Assembly (NCBI GenBank): GCA_002269645.1
Contig: NIVC01003910.1
Location: 6,117 to 70,116, forward strand
Reading direction: 5' to 3'
DNA: 64,000 nucleotides
Origin: Macrostomum lignano
Taxonomy: Eukaryota
Part shown: positions 27,001 to 33,780 of the stretch, piece after piece
Layout of the letters: each line of letters starts with the position of its first letter
How positions within the stretch are numbered: the first letter of the stretch is position 1
The notes under the pieces: model-generated
What the model was told of the DNA's origin: nothing
The model's input: the letters and a program-made list of their open reading frames with translations, nothing else
Database searches by the model: none
Program-made: the position numbers and the translations under genes

Positions 27001-27595
27001 CGGAGACTGGCACACAGTTGTTGGTGAGTAGGCACTGTTGATGAGGCAGTGAGCCTGGAAATTAGGCAGTAAGGTTTGGATGAGGCGGTGAGGCTGGGGA
27101 TGATGCGGTGAGGCTGGGGATGACGCGGTGACGCTGGTGATGCTAGGATGATGCGATGAGGCTTGGCATTGCATAGTTTCCGGCCTTCCATCCCGCAGCC
27201 GAAGTGGACTTCCGCCGGGTGCGCGTGTGGGTGGACGACCGGCTGTCGGTGATCGGCGCGCTGCCGCAGCAGCTGAAGGGCTTCGACTGCGCGCCCTTCC
27301 TTGGCGGCCTGCCAACCAACGGTGAGCTGCAGTGCTGATTGAGCTATAATCTGCTGTTGACCTGCTTTGACCCACCTTCTTTTGACACTTGACTCCCCTG
27401 ACCTAACCTGACCCACTATGAAGCACCCTCTGACCCTCTCCACCCGCAGACATAGCCAGCCGGCTGAACTATCTGCCCGGCAACTACGTTGGCTGCCTGA
27501 AGTCGCTCAGCATCAACGGGGAGGCGCTGCCGCTGGCCAGCTTCCACACCAGCAACCCCGAGCTGGTGCTAAAGAGCAGCTGTTTCGTAAACTGA
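426..27595 (+). CDS. LAMA5: Laminin alpha-3/5-type chain (LanA/LAMA5-like), 5'-truncated by the window. Exons: 426-1275,1683-1988,2204-2728,2894-3000,3872-4077,5040-5173,5252-5322,5651-5795,6137-6280,6603-6851,6928-7017,7522-7640,7720-7963,8317-8441,8603-8689,9137-9339,10248-10529,10968-11260,12349-12456,12533-12644,12967-13146,13227-13507,14108-14549,14663-14797,15250-15426,15909-16093,16182-16322,16914(or 16878)-17204,17751-17917,18466-18909,19417-19537,19626-19773,24805-24967,25074-25196,25465-26044,26437-26608,26784-27023,27199-27321,27450-27595
   Basis: All junctions are GT-AG and phases match throughout (8659 nt = 1 + 2886 codons, stop TGA 27593-27595). Domain order is LE, alpha3/5-specific globular insert, LE, L4, LE, coiled coil, five LG. 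Motifs such as [80 protein letters not shown] and YYLDGDTWATIS align with laminin alpha5 as I recall it. A few acceptors (16878/16914, 17751) are uncertain. Confidence 0.93.
1345..1634. repeat. Minisatellite, 14-bp GTAGCCCTCAGGCC
   Basis: Direct tandem copies in intron. Confidence 0.95.
2002..2165. repeat. Minisatellite, 13-bp GTGTGACAGTGCT with variants
   Basis: Direct tandem copies in intron. Confidence 0.9.
3022..3861. repeat. Minisatellite, 20-bp CCAATGCTCAATGACCACAT
   Basis: About 42 copies, ending about 10 nt before the acceptor. Confidence 0.97.
3872..11260 (+). CDS. LAMA5: Laminin block: LE (laminin EGF) repeats, L4 domain (about 6603-7800), further LE repeats and start of the coiled coil
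   Basis: Repeated 8-Cys LE patterns (C-x-C...C...GQC-x-C...G..CDRC..GY) across short exons; L4 flanked by a split LE (CFCSG...VERCACP). Confidence 0.9.
4105..4980. repeat. Minisatellite, 15-bp CTGGGTGTCAGGACA, then a short 19-bp GTCAGATGAAGCTGTGGAT array
   Basis: Homogeneous core 4560-4885 with diverged 5' copies. Confidence 0.95.
5370..5625. repeat. Minisatellite, 12-bp GAGCAGAGACTA
   Basis: Direct tandem copies. Confidence 0.95.
5853..6060. repeat. Minisatellite, 27-bp AGAGTGGCGCCAAGGTGCTACAAGGGT
   Basis: About 7 copies. Confidence 0.93.
6322..6580. repeat. Minisatellite, 18-bp CTGTCACTCTCACCCTGC
   Basis: Direct tandem copies. Confidence 0.92.
7085..7470. repeat. Minisatellite, 10-bp GAGAGTCACT
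   Basis: Direct tandem copies with variants. Confidence 0.92.
7996..8290. repeat. Minisatellite, about 16-bp CCCATCCCATCAGAAT
   Basis: Degenerate tandem copies. Confidence 0.88.
8745..9042. repeat. Minisatellite, 46-bp unit with 138-bp higher-order repeat
   Basis: CAGAGCGGATCGATAAAATGGGGTGGTGGGTGTGTACACTGCCGAT; a three-unit block is duplicated. Confidence 0.92.
9420..10168. repeat. Minisatellite of 8-10-bp TGTCAGAC(TG) / TGTCAGGCAG units
   Basis: Mixed short units. Confidence 0.95.
10607..10815. repeat. Minisatellite, 28-bp GGATTCCAGCATGAGGATTTCTGTGTTT
   Basis: About 7 copies. Confidence 0.93.
11343..12197. repeat. Minisatellite, 21-bp CTTACAGCAATCATTTCGGTG with higher-order variant pattern
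   Basis: About 40 copies. Confidence 0.96.
12349..16093 (+). CDS. LAMA5: Laminin block: coiled-coil long arm
   Basis: Cys-free, heptad-rich exons (LTDQLRGLRQRLDELRRQINSTRL). Confidence 0.8.
12690..12925. repeat. Minisatellite, 15-bp CCCCTGCCCCACAAA
   Basis: Direct tandem copies. Confidence 0.92.
13535..14050. repeat. Minisatellite, about 22-bp GTTGAGCTGGGATCTCAGAGAG
   Basis: About 23 copies. Confidence 0.95.
14815..15150. repeat. Minisatellite, 24-bp GAGTGAGATCACTCCTGAGAACCA
   Basis: Direct tandem copies. Confidence 0.94.
15428..15885. repeat. Two adjacent arrays: 31-bp GAGTGGCCTGAGCAGTGCTCAGGTTGGGGCT (15428-15678) and 17-bp TCAATGCTATCAATCCA (15725-15885)
   Basis: Direct tandem copies. 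Confidence 0.92.
16182..27595 (+). CDS. LAMA5: Laminin block: five LG domains
   Basis: LHLGGLP, FAGII, FQGCVKDL, TLGGLP, FSGCIRDV, CDGDWHTV, YVGCLKSLSING...SSCFVN*. Confidence 0.88.
16400..16630. repeat. Minisatellite, 9-bp TCATCAGCT
   Basis: Degenerate tandem copies. Confidence 0.88.
17478..17715. repeat. Minisatellite, 33-bp CCCCAGTCACGGGTGGAGAAGCCACCGCACACA
   Basis: About 7 copies. Confidence 0.92.
17979..18438. repeat. Minisatellite, 17-bp ACCAGCTCAAGATCCCA
   Basis: About 27 copies. Confidence 0.96.
18937..19266 (+). mobile_element. tRNA-derived SINE with CORE-like domain, copy 1 (laminin intron 18910-19416)
   Basis: A-box TAGCCAAGTAG, B-box GGTTCGATTCC, CORE-like TCCTTGAGCAAGACACTTAA...TTCAGTT...TAAATGGG, (ATT)n tail; closely similar to 50607-50900. 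Confidence 0.85.
19954..20151 (+). repeat. 5' LTR (198 bp)
   Basis: TGTTGTAAAG...CTCACCACA; identical by eye to 24367-24564. Confidence 0.96.
20232..24320 (+). CDS. gag-pol: Gag-Pol polyprotein, 1362 aa (gag with CCHC knuckles, protease, RT, RNase H, integrase)
   Basis: CGYCGSAAH...CKSCGKRGHFARVC, LVDSGS, FIDD, CDSS...RYSASERE, HQGH...WWP...C..C, DLFG/TDGGPQF/GVER. PR-RT-RH-IN order defines Ty3/Gypsy. Confidence 0.97.
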   Translation: MSSTEGANASAIGDPQRGSQQAAAQQSSRDTANRMSVNISPPQPFLPAAGAPLIEWNRWKAMFSNYLLASGAIDLPEQRKQALLIHCLGAEGQNIYMSLQASSNQEEGEQPPSTVDDTLKLLDTHFGPKVNVVAERHRFRQRAQRPGEKISDFVAALRNLASNCDFKTFQEEMLRDQLVEKVLSNHIRERLLMEPELTLATAVQLAERLETGLLEAQAIKGGSHTDPNSSCGVQQISKAKNSGAAARQHEALKPTTDGRSCGYCGSAAHVGGQTCPAKGQKCKSCGKRGHFARVCRSGNRVRQLQDEYSICTVSTAAAASKHCEVLLNGRPVKLLVDSGSRVSIITKTTYNRLLSNVPLQASSRKLVAFNGSKIGVLGDILTSVQLKDKVVPYVNLSVVNTGSDILGCDLMDQLGLWIVTADGERVQTVGTRALPDWIPGRFDQLTQGLGHIKGFQHRPRVNPAVQPTAQPLRRVPLSLRDSVQKEIDQLLQQDIIEEVDASDWVSNLVVVPKANGSIRICNDLRGPNKSIIPDRYPLPTFEELSAEFAGSRCFSKLDLNSSYLQLELSEDCRNLTTFVTERGLYRYRRVCFGLSSAPAAFQKVMAKILSGIKGAVHFIDDIVVHAASREEHDKRLFKVLQALMTHNVTINTAKCTWRQDKVNFLGYELSASGVRPLQSHVEAIEKVQPPTNTKEVAAFLGVVKYFGNFIPSLSSTAEPLMKLLRKDEPWKWTSECQQAFEQLKAGVCKPPCLKFFDADQPIIVSCDSSASALGAILLQQDSDGQWRPVAFASRTLSATERRYSASEREALACIFACERWNFFLYGRRFELHTDHQALTTLLSSSGSGHRPLRLHRWADRLLNYSFTVKYVPGAKNIVPDFLSRCQDTAEPTEGDETDGLEVQRVLLAEALTVVTEDELAEATSKDELLARVAEFTVSGWPDKKKLDERLLPYWSVRNELTVWSNGRCLAMGTRAVIPEELRQRVLDLAHQGHKGVSRTKHHCRDTAWWPKMDSDIERFVSSCSACIISEKSFKPHRTVLTPTKWPKEPWTELQIDLFGELHEGAPQNCRFILGVHDLHSKWPELVCLSSATSATIIKSLTALFCRWGIPRVITTDGGPQFISQEFNDFLKAYGINHRQTPFYHPQGNSGVERLNRVVKEGLKSHLQDGYSFLEAVQSILWAYRSTPHALTGVTPAELMLGRKITTPLWTLQPKRATREHPLADQIQERQRRQFKRLNRSRQPPRQFRVGDLVRVRSPRMRGKLQSHVSPPLRVSDIISPTIVRLEDGSRWHTSLCMPHAEPEGASTTSATAMPPQPPVAAEAAAPEGPTDPPPATAEADAELRRSTRLRAPPLWYGQVVTH
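24367..24564 (+). repeat. 3' LTR (198 bp)
   Basis: Direct copy of the 5' LTR, preceded by the PPT AAGGAGGAGGGTGAA. Confidence 0.96.
25228..25432. repeat. Minisatellite, 20-bp TACTCGAGTTACTAGGGACC
   Basis: Direct tandem copies. Confidence 0.9.
26045..26375. repeat. Minisatellite, 32-bp GTGAGATTCCAGTGTGAGACCCTGTAGCTAAG starting at the splice donor
   Basis: 10 identical units plus a partial unit. Confidence 0.97.
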
Positions 27596-27814
27596 GCGAA
27601 CTCCTGCTTTATCGGGTCGTGGGCAGAACTTTGTCTAGGGAAATTATTTGCGAACCCTATTGGCTAGTCATTAACTGCAACCTAACCCTGCATATTTAAT
27701 TAATTCTATCGTACGTTCGTTTTTATCGCTAAATTTTTCTTTTAGCTATATTTGCAAAAGGCAATACTTTATTATTCATATTTAGTATTTCCGCACGTCT
27801 AATACTGTTTATTA

Positions 27815-27820
27815 AATAAA
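27815..27820 (+). promoter_or_regulatory. Probable polyadenylation signal of the laminin gene
   Basis: AATAAA about 220 nt after the stop, in an AT-rich 3' UTR. Confidence 0.5.
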
Positions 27821-28572
27821 TTTAAACTCAGCCTTCAAGGCTTTAATCCAAATAAACAAATTGATATCAATCAATAAATTAGTTTTAATTAATCGGAGGA
27901 GGACTCGCTATAAATAATGGTTTCGAATCAAATTTTAATTGATCTTATATGCCTACTAACAGTAATACATATAGCTGACAAAATTGCTCGCTTGTTGAGC
28001 AAACTTCTCACAGTCAATTTTTATGGCAAGTTAATATGCTCGTAATAAGACAATAAATATTATCCCAGTCCCAAAAGCGGGGAAGAACGACAACAGCCCC
28101 TCCGCTTGTGGGTTGGCGCAGCTGAGAGAGACAGCAGAACTGATTGCGGATTGCGGGGCACTTGGTTGAATGGGCCAGAGAGCGCGTTGGCGTTAGTATT
28201 GGGCCTTATCGCAAATCAAGTGCGTGCCTCTGCACCCCCCCCCCCAACCCCCAGGGCCGGCCAACCCCCCCCCCACCCCCAGCAGGGGGTCCCGCTGGCT
28301 GGCTGGCGTAGAACTGTTAAGCTAAGGGTTTCCAGCGTTTGCTGAGTCACGGTGTGCGTGTCTGCGACACTGGGGTGGCTGCGCCCGCCTTTAAGAGAAG
28401 TAAAGTGATTGCGGGTTTAGACACAACGGCAGCCTATTGTAGCCCTACTGGAGAAAATCTCTCACTTAAAAAGTGAAGGTCGCAAAGAAATAATTTTCTC
28501 AGCCGGCCAAGGAATTTTTCCTCCTAAGAGGTTTGCCTATCGATCGCGCAAATTCTTTTCGCTCTTAAAGGC

Positions 28573-29041
28573 ATGGAATTCTACTATTACCTGGCCTTTC
28601 TGGTGCCGGTTCTGGTTATGGGTGAGTTCTTGAGTCTTACACTGCACTGTTCCACATCCACTGACGAGTTCGACTTCAAAGATTAGTTTTCCGTCATGCA
28701 TGCAGCTGTTATAACTCATTTTATCATAGATCAGTGGCCTTTCATAAGATCTTATTATCTAATCCAATCTTATCTTATCAAGATCTTATCAAATAGATCG
28801 TAGATCTTTTTTCTAGCAGAGCTAAGCTACCTAAATTCAATGGATGAATCTTTTAGTGGATCTTCAAATCTTCAAATGTCTCGCATAGACCTCCAACCCG
28901 CCCCCGTCCTCAGGCCTGATCACGCACAGAATACTGAAGAGCTACAAAGACAAAGAAGCTGCCCGCCTCATGAAGAAGAAGAAGCGCGAAGAGAAGCGCG
29001 ACGCCAGGGATTCCAAGAAACCGAAGCTGGCCACCTCTTGA
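28573..29041 (+). CDS. Two-exon 58-aa single-pass membrane micropeptide (exons 28573-28621, 28914-29041)
   Basis: ATG...ATG G|GTGAGT donor and CCCCGTCCTCAG acceptor, phase 1 to phase 1; product MEFYYYLAFLVPVLVMGLITHRILKSYKDKEAARLMKKKKREEKRDARDSKKPKLATS*; ATTAAA at 29060-29065. Confidence 0.75.
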
Positions 29042-29589
29042 GTTGGCGGGAGTTGTGTTATTAAAAATACAAGCACTGACTGGGGCTTCTTCCAATGCCC
29101 AATTCAGTTCAAGCCAATTCGAATCAGCAAGCCTCCTTATCAGGTGTATCTGTTAGATTCCCACACTTCATTCGACTTGCTACTTTGCAGATCCCCTACA
29201 CAGCCTACTGTTAGCAGTACATTGCGCGTATGTCAGTCAGATTTTACCCTCCCCCTTATATGCTTGTGCGTGCTCGCTGATGGTTGCTCGCATTTTTGTT
29301 TGCCTTCCGGGTTTGCCCCCCTTGTCAGATGAACTTCTTTGATTTGACTTTAAATACAAATTATCGATCTAGTTATGATTGAGAATTTTTGAATCAGAAA
29401 TCTTGCTGGATTTTGTGAAATAAAGTTATTGCTTTCTGACCGTTTGCTCTTTGGCTGTTCTCATTCCTGCAACGGCTGTCTGCGCTCTCCCTTAGCTTTG
29501 GGTGGCCTCGACTCCCGCGGTGTCTGATGCTTGGGCTAATCCATGCTTAACCCATTGAGTGTCCGCGATGTCATTCGGCGTCCTTGCCT

Positions 29590-30860
29590 AATCCTTATCT
29601 GGGCGACCCATCCTTTGGTGTCCATGCCTGATACTTTGGTGTCCACACTCCTAATCATTGAGTGTCCATGGCTAATCCTTGGGTGTCCATTGGCTAATCC
29701 TTGGGTTTCCATTTCTAGTCATTGGGTGTCCATGTCTAATCCTTGAGTTGAGTGTCCATGGCTAATCTTTGGGGTGTCCGTGTCTAATCCTTGAGTGTCC
29801 ATGGCTAATCCTTGGGTGTCCACTGGCTAATCCTTGAGTGTCCATGGCTAATCCTTGGGTGTCCATGGCTAATCCTTGGGTGTCCATTTCTAGTCATTGG
29901 GTGTCCTTTTGGCTAATCCTTGGGTGTCCATTTCTAGTCATTGGGTGTCCTTTTGGCTAATCCTTGGGTGTCCATTTCTAGTCATTGGGTGTCCTTTTGG
30001 CTAATCCTTGGGTGTCCATTTCTAGTCATTGGGTGTCCTTTTGGCTAATCCTTGGGTGTCCATTTCTAGTCATTGGGTGTCCTTTTGGCTAATCCTTGGG
30101 TGTTCATTGTCTAATCCTTGGTTGTTAATTGTCTAATCCTTGCATCCATGTCTAATCCTTGTATCCAAATGTCTAATCCTTGTATCCACGTCTAATCCTT
30201 GGGTGTCCATTTCTAGTCATTGGGTGTCCTTTTGGCTAATCCTTGGTGTCCATTTCTAGTCATTGGGTGTCCTTTTGGCTAATCCTTGGGTGTCCATTTC
30301 TAGTCATTGGGTGTCCTTTTGGCTAATCCTTGGGTGTCCATTTCTAGTCATTGGGTGTCCTTTTGGCTAATCCTTGGGTGTCCATTTCTAGTCATTGGGT
30401 GTCCTTTTGGCTAATCCTTGGGTGTCCATTTCTAGTCATTGGGTGTCCTTTTGGCTAATCCTTGGGTGTTCATTGTCTAATCTTTGGTTGTTAATTGTCT
30501 AATCCTTGCATCCATGTCTAATCCTTGTATCCAAATGTCTAATCCTTGTATCCACGTCTAATCCTTGGGTGTCCATTTCTAGTCATTGGGTGTCCTTTTG
30601 GCTAATCCTTGGGTGTCCATTTCTAGTCATTGGGTGTCCTTTTGGCTAATCCTTGGGTGTCCATTTCTAGTCATTGGGTGTCCTTTTGGCTAATCCTTGG
30701 GTGTTCATTGTCTAATCCTTGGTTGTTAATTGTCTAATCCTTGCATCCATGTCTAATCCTTGTATCCAAATGTCTAATACTTGTATCCACGTCTAATCCT
30801 TGGGTATCCATGTCTATTAATCCTTGGGTGTCCATACCCAACCCTTTGGCCTTAGAGCCA
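29590..30860. repeat. Complex satellite built on TTGGGTGTCC / CTAATCC subunits (44-bp unit with larger higher-order blocks)
   Basis: GGGTGTCCATTTCTAGTCATTGGGTGTCCTTTTGGCTAATCCTT repeated, with recurring interrupting blocks. Confidence 0.93.
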
Positions 30861-31616
30861 AGGTGTCCATGCCTAATTTTTGATGTCCACATCTAAGCCT
30901 TGGATGACCAACGCCTAATCCTTGAGTATTACTGTCTAAGTCTTTGGTTTCCGGATGACTAATTATTGGGTATTTAAGCTGCCTCCGAGCCAAGGCCCAA
31001 GAAGTTGTCCTCACTGTCAATACTACGGTGTCCCTTGGTTGCATTGCAGTGTAATACCCTCAAGTTATTATCTCAAGAAATTCCGCGTTAAATTACAGAG
31101 AATTTCCTCACTTGAACTTTCAAAGAAGAGCCGCATCGACCAAAGTTGTCGTTATTCGCAAATGATAGCAACGGCCCCTACCAGCTGCTCATGAATTATT
31201 CATTAGCCAGACATTAGCGCTCCACTTTTTATCTTCTTTGGCGTCAGTTTTGGAACACGCGGCTTCCCGGATCTTGTCAGCTCTGGGAGCTCCACACCGA
31301 GGCTCGGTGGGAAATTTTCGAGCCCCGGGCCGTATCGCCGACGGAATCGCGACAGCCCCGTTAGCCGGATCCTTCCCGACACCTCTTTAATCCCCGGGGG
31401 CTTCACCCCCCTCAGCCAGCGTGATGTAAAAATTCGCGTGCAAACCTTTTATGACTTGGAGACTTCGATCAGAGCGAGATCGATCTGCCCAGCAGCAGCC
31501 TCCCTGATCCGCGATGCAATTTTAACGACCTGCTCACAGCACGGAGCCTGGCGGTCTGCTGCCGCAATGCAGTGGCACTCCGGCTTGGTCTCGGAGACAC
31601 TTTTGCTCCTGAAGCT

Positions 31617-32060
31617 TTGCCCCTGAACTCTTGCCTCTGAACCCTTGCCCCTGAACCCTTGCCCCTGAACCCTTGCCCCTGAACCCTTGCCCCTGAACCC
31701 TTGCCCCTGAACCCTTGCCCCTGAACCCTTGCCCCTGAACCCTTGCCCCTGAACCCTTGCCCCTGAACCCTTGCCCCTGAACCCTTGCCCCTGAACTCTT
31801 GCCCCTGAACCCTTGCCCCTGAACCCTTGCCCCTGAACTCTTGCCCTGAACCCTTGCCCCTGAACCCTTGCCCCTGAACTCTTGCCCCTGAACCCTTGCC
31901 CCTGAACCCTTGCCCCTGAACCCTTGCCCCTGAACTCTTGCCCCTGAACCCTTGCCCCTGAACCCTTGCCCCTGAACCCTTGCCCCTGAACCCTTGCCCC
32001 TGAACCCTTGCCCCTGAACCACAGCCTCTGAACCCTTGCCCCTGAACCACAGCCTCTGAA
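31617..32060. repeat. Minisatellite, 14-bp CCCCTGAACCCTTG (degenerate tail to about 32200)
   Basis: Direct tandem copies. Confidence 0.95.
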
Positions 32061-32663
32061 CCATAGACTCAGAACCCAACCCTAGACCCTGAACCCAACC
32101 CTAGAACCTGAACCCTTGCCTATGAACCCTAGACCCTGACCCCTAGACCCTGTTAGACCATGAGTCCTTGCTCATGAACCCTTGCACTTTAACCCATTGA
32201 CTCTGAGGCCCTGACACTTAACTCTTGACACGGCACCCCTTGCTTTAAAACCTTGAACTTGAACATCTGAGGTTAAGAAAATAAACTATTGAAGTCCCTA
32301 AAACCCTCGACGTGATCTAGATCCGGCCACTTCTCAAAACTCCGCTACGAGACCCAGCCTCCCAAGCGATGAAGCATGCTCATACGAGGCCTCACGGAGA
32401 GTCAATATTGTCCGGGCCAAGCCGGCCGGCCCGGTCTCATTCCCTGTCACGAATTTCTGCGATCGTTCAAAACTTTGAGAGTTCAGGAATGCTTTGACAA
32501 TTTTCGGCCCCCAGTCCGCATTGGCCCGGCCACGTCGCTGGTCCCCCGGGGCCGTGCGGCCGACAGCCTTCCATAAAAGCCGGGCAAAGTCGGCCACTTC
32601 CACCTCCAGAGGAGCGACAGCAGCCAGGAGATCCCCGAGCCCCGACGACAGTTTTCAGCCATC

Positions 32664-33086
32664 ATGAGCAGCAGCCGCGACCTGTTTAACGCCTTCGACG
32701 TCGACGGCAACGGCAGCCTCGACCTGCGCGAGTTCGGCGCCCTGATGCGCGCTTTCGGCGCCAGCGCCAACGGGCGCCGCCTGACGGAGGCGGAGGTGGC
32801 CGGCATTCTCGGCCGGGTGGACAGCGACGCCAGCGGCTGCGTGGACTTCGCCGAGTTCGAGGCCGCCGCCGACGTCCACCTGCGCCGGCCGCTGCCGGAC
32901 CTCGGCCGCCTGGCCGAATTTCGGGCTGCCGACGCGGACTCCGACGGCCTCCTCACCGTCGAAGAGGCGGCCGCGGCCGCGCGCAAGCTGGGCCGCCAGC
33001 TGCGGGATGTCGGCGCCGAGAACTGCGGAGGCTGCGATGGCCGGCGCCTCATCAACTACGTTGAGTTCCTGCAGCTGCTGGCGTGA
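32664..33086 (+). CDS. Intronless calmodulin-like EF-hand protein, 140 aa
   Basis: EF loops DVDGNGSLDLRE, DSDASGCVDFAE, DADSDGLLTVEE; fourth loop degenerate (...CDGRRLINYVE). Confidence 0.88.
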   Translation: MSSSRDLFNAFDVDGNGSLDLREFGALMRAFGASANGRRLTEAEVAGILGRVDSDASGCVDFAEFEAAADVHLRRPLPDLGRLAEFRAADADSDGLLTVEEAAAAARKLGRQLRDVGAENCGGCDGRRLINYVEFLQLLA

Positions 33087-33289
33087 AGCCATCGGGCGAT
33101 GAAATCCGCTCGGCTACTGACCTTTTTTCTTTCCTGCTCCCTTTGTGCACCGCGTTTAGCCTTTTTTATTGTCAACATCTCACGGATACAAATACAGCTG
33201 CACTCGCTTGCGCCATCGAATCTGCTCAAGTCTCCTTTGTTTTGCATTACGAGTATTTACTGAGCTCACTTCAGCACGTTGAGTTAGGG

Positions 33290-33780
33290 AATTTAATCCC
33301 ATTCTAATCCTCGATCACACACTGCTATCTCACTCTACGAGCGTAATCTTACTGTAATTCTCACTCTCAACTCATTCTATTCTTTCTCCAACCTCACTCG
33401 AATCTCACTCGAAACTCACTCGAATCTCACTCGAATCTCACTCGAATCTCACTCGAATCTCACTCGAATCTCACTCGAAACTTACTCGAATCTCACTCGA
33501 ATCTCACTCTATTCTCACTCGAATCTCACTTCGAATCCCATTCTAATCCTCGATCACACACTGCTACCTCACTTTAATCTTACTGTAATTCTCACTCATC
33601 TCATTCTATTCTCATTCCAACCTCACTCTAATCTCATTCTAATCTCACTCTAGTCTCACTCAACTCTCACTCGAATCTTGCTCAAATCTTACTCGAATCT
33701 CATTCTAGTCTCACCCTAATGTCACTCTAATCGCACTCCAACCTCGCTATAGTCTCACTTCATCACTGTCTCTAAACCCC
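33290..33780. repeat. Degenerate 11-bp CTCACTCGAAT array with a duplicated flanking block
   Basis: Tandem copies; the block starting CCCATTCTAATCCTCGATCACACACTGCTA occurs twice. Confidence 0.85.

Noticed and set aside
28840-29064. 74-aa ORF MDESFSG... from the ORF track
   Set aside because: Starts inside the predicted intron and reads the micropeptide's exon 2 in the wrong frame.
32060-32200. Telomere-like AACCCTAG motifs (also CCCCTAG in the 13-bp array)
   Set aside because: Degenerate tails of local minisatellites, not (TTAGGG)n tracts.
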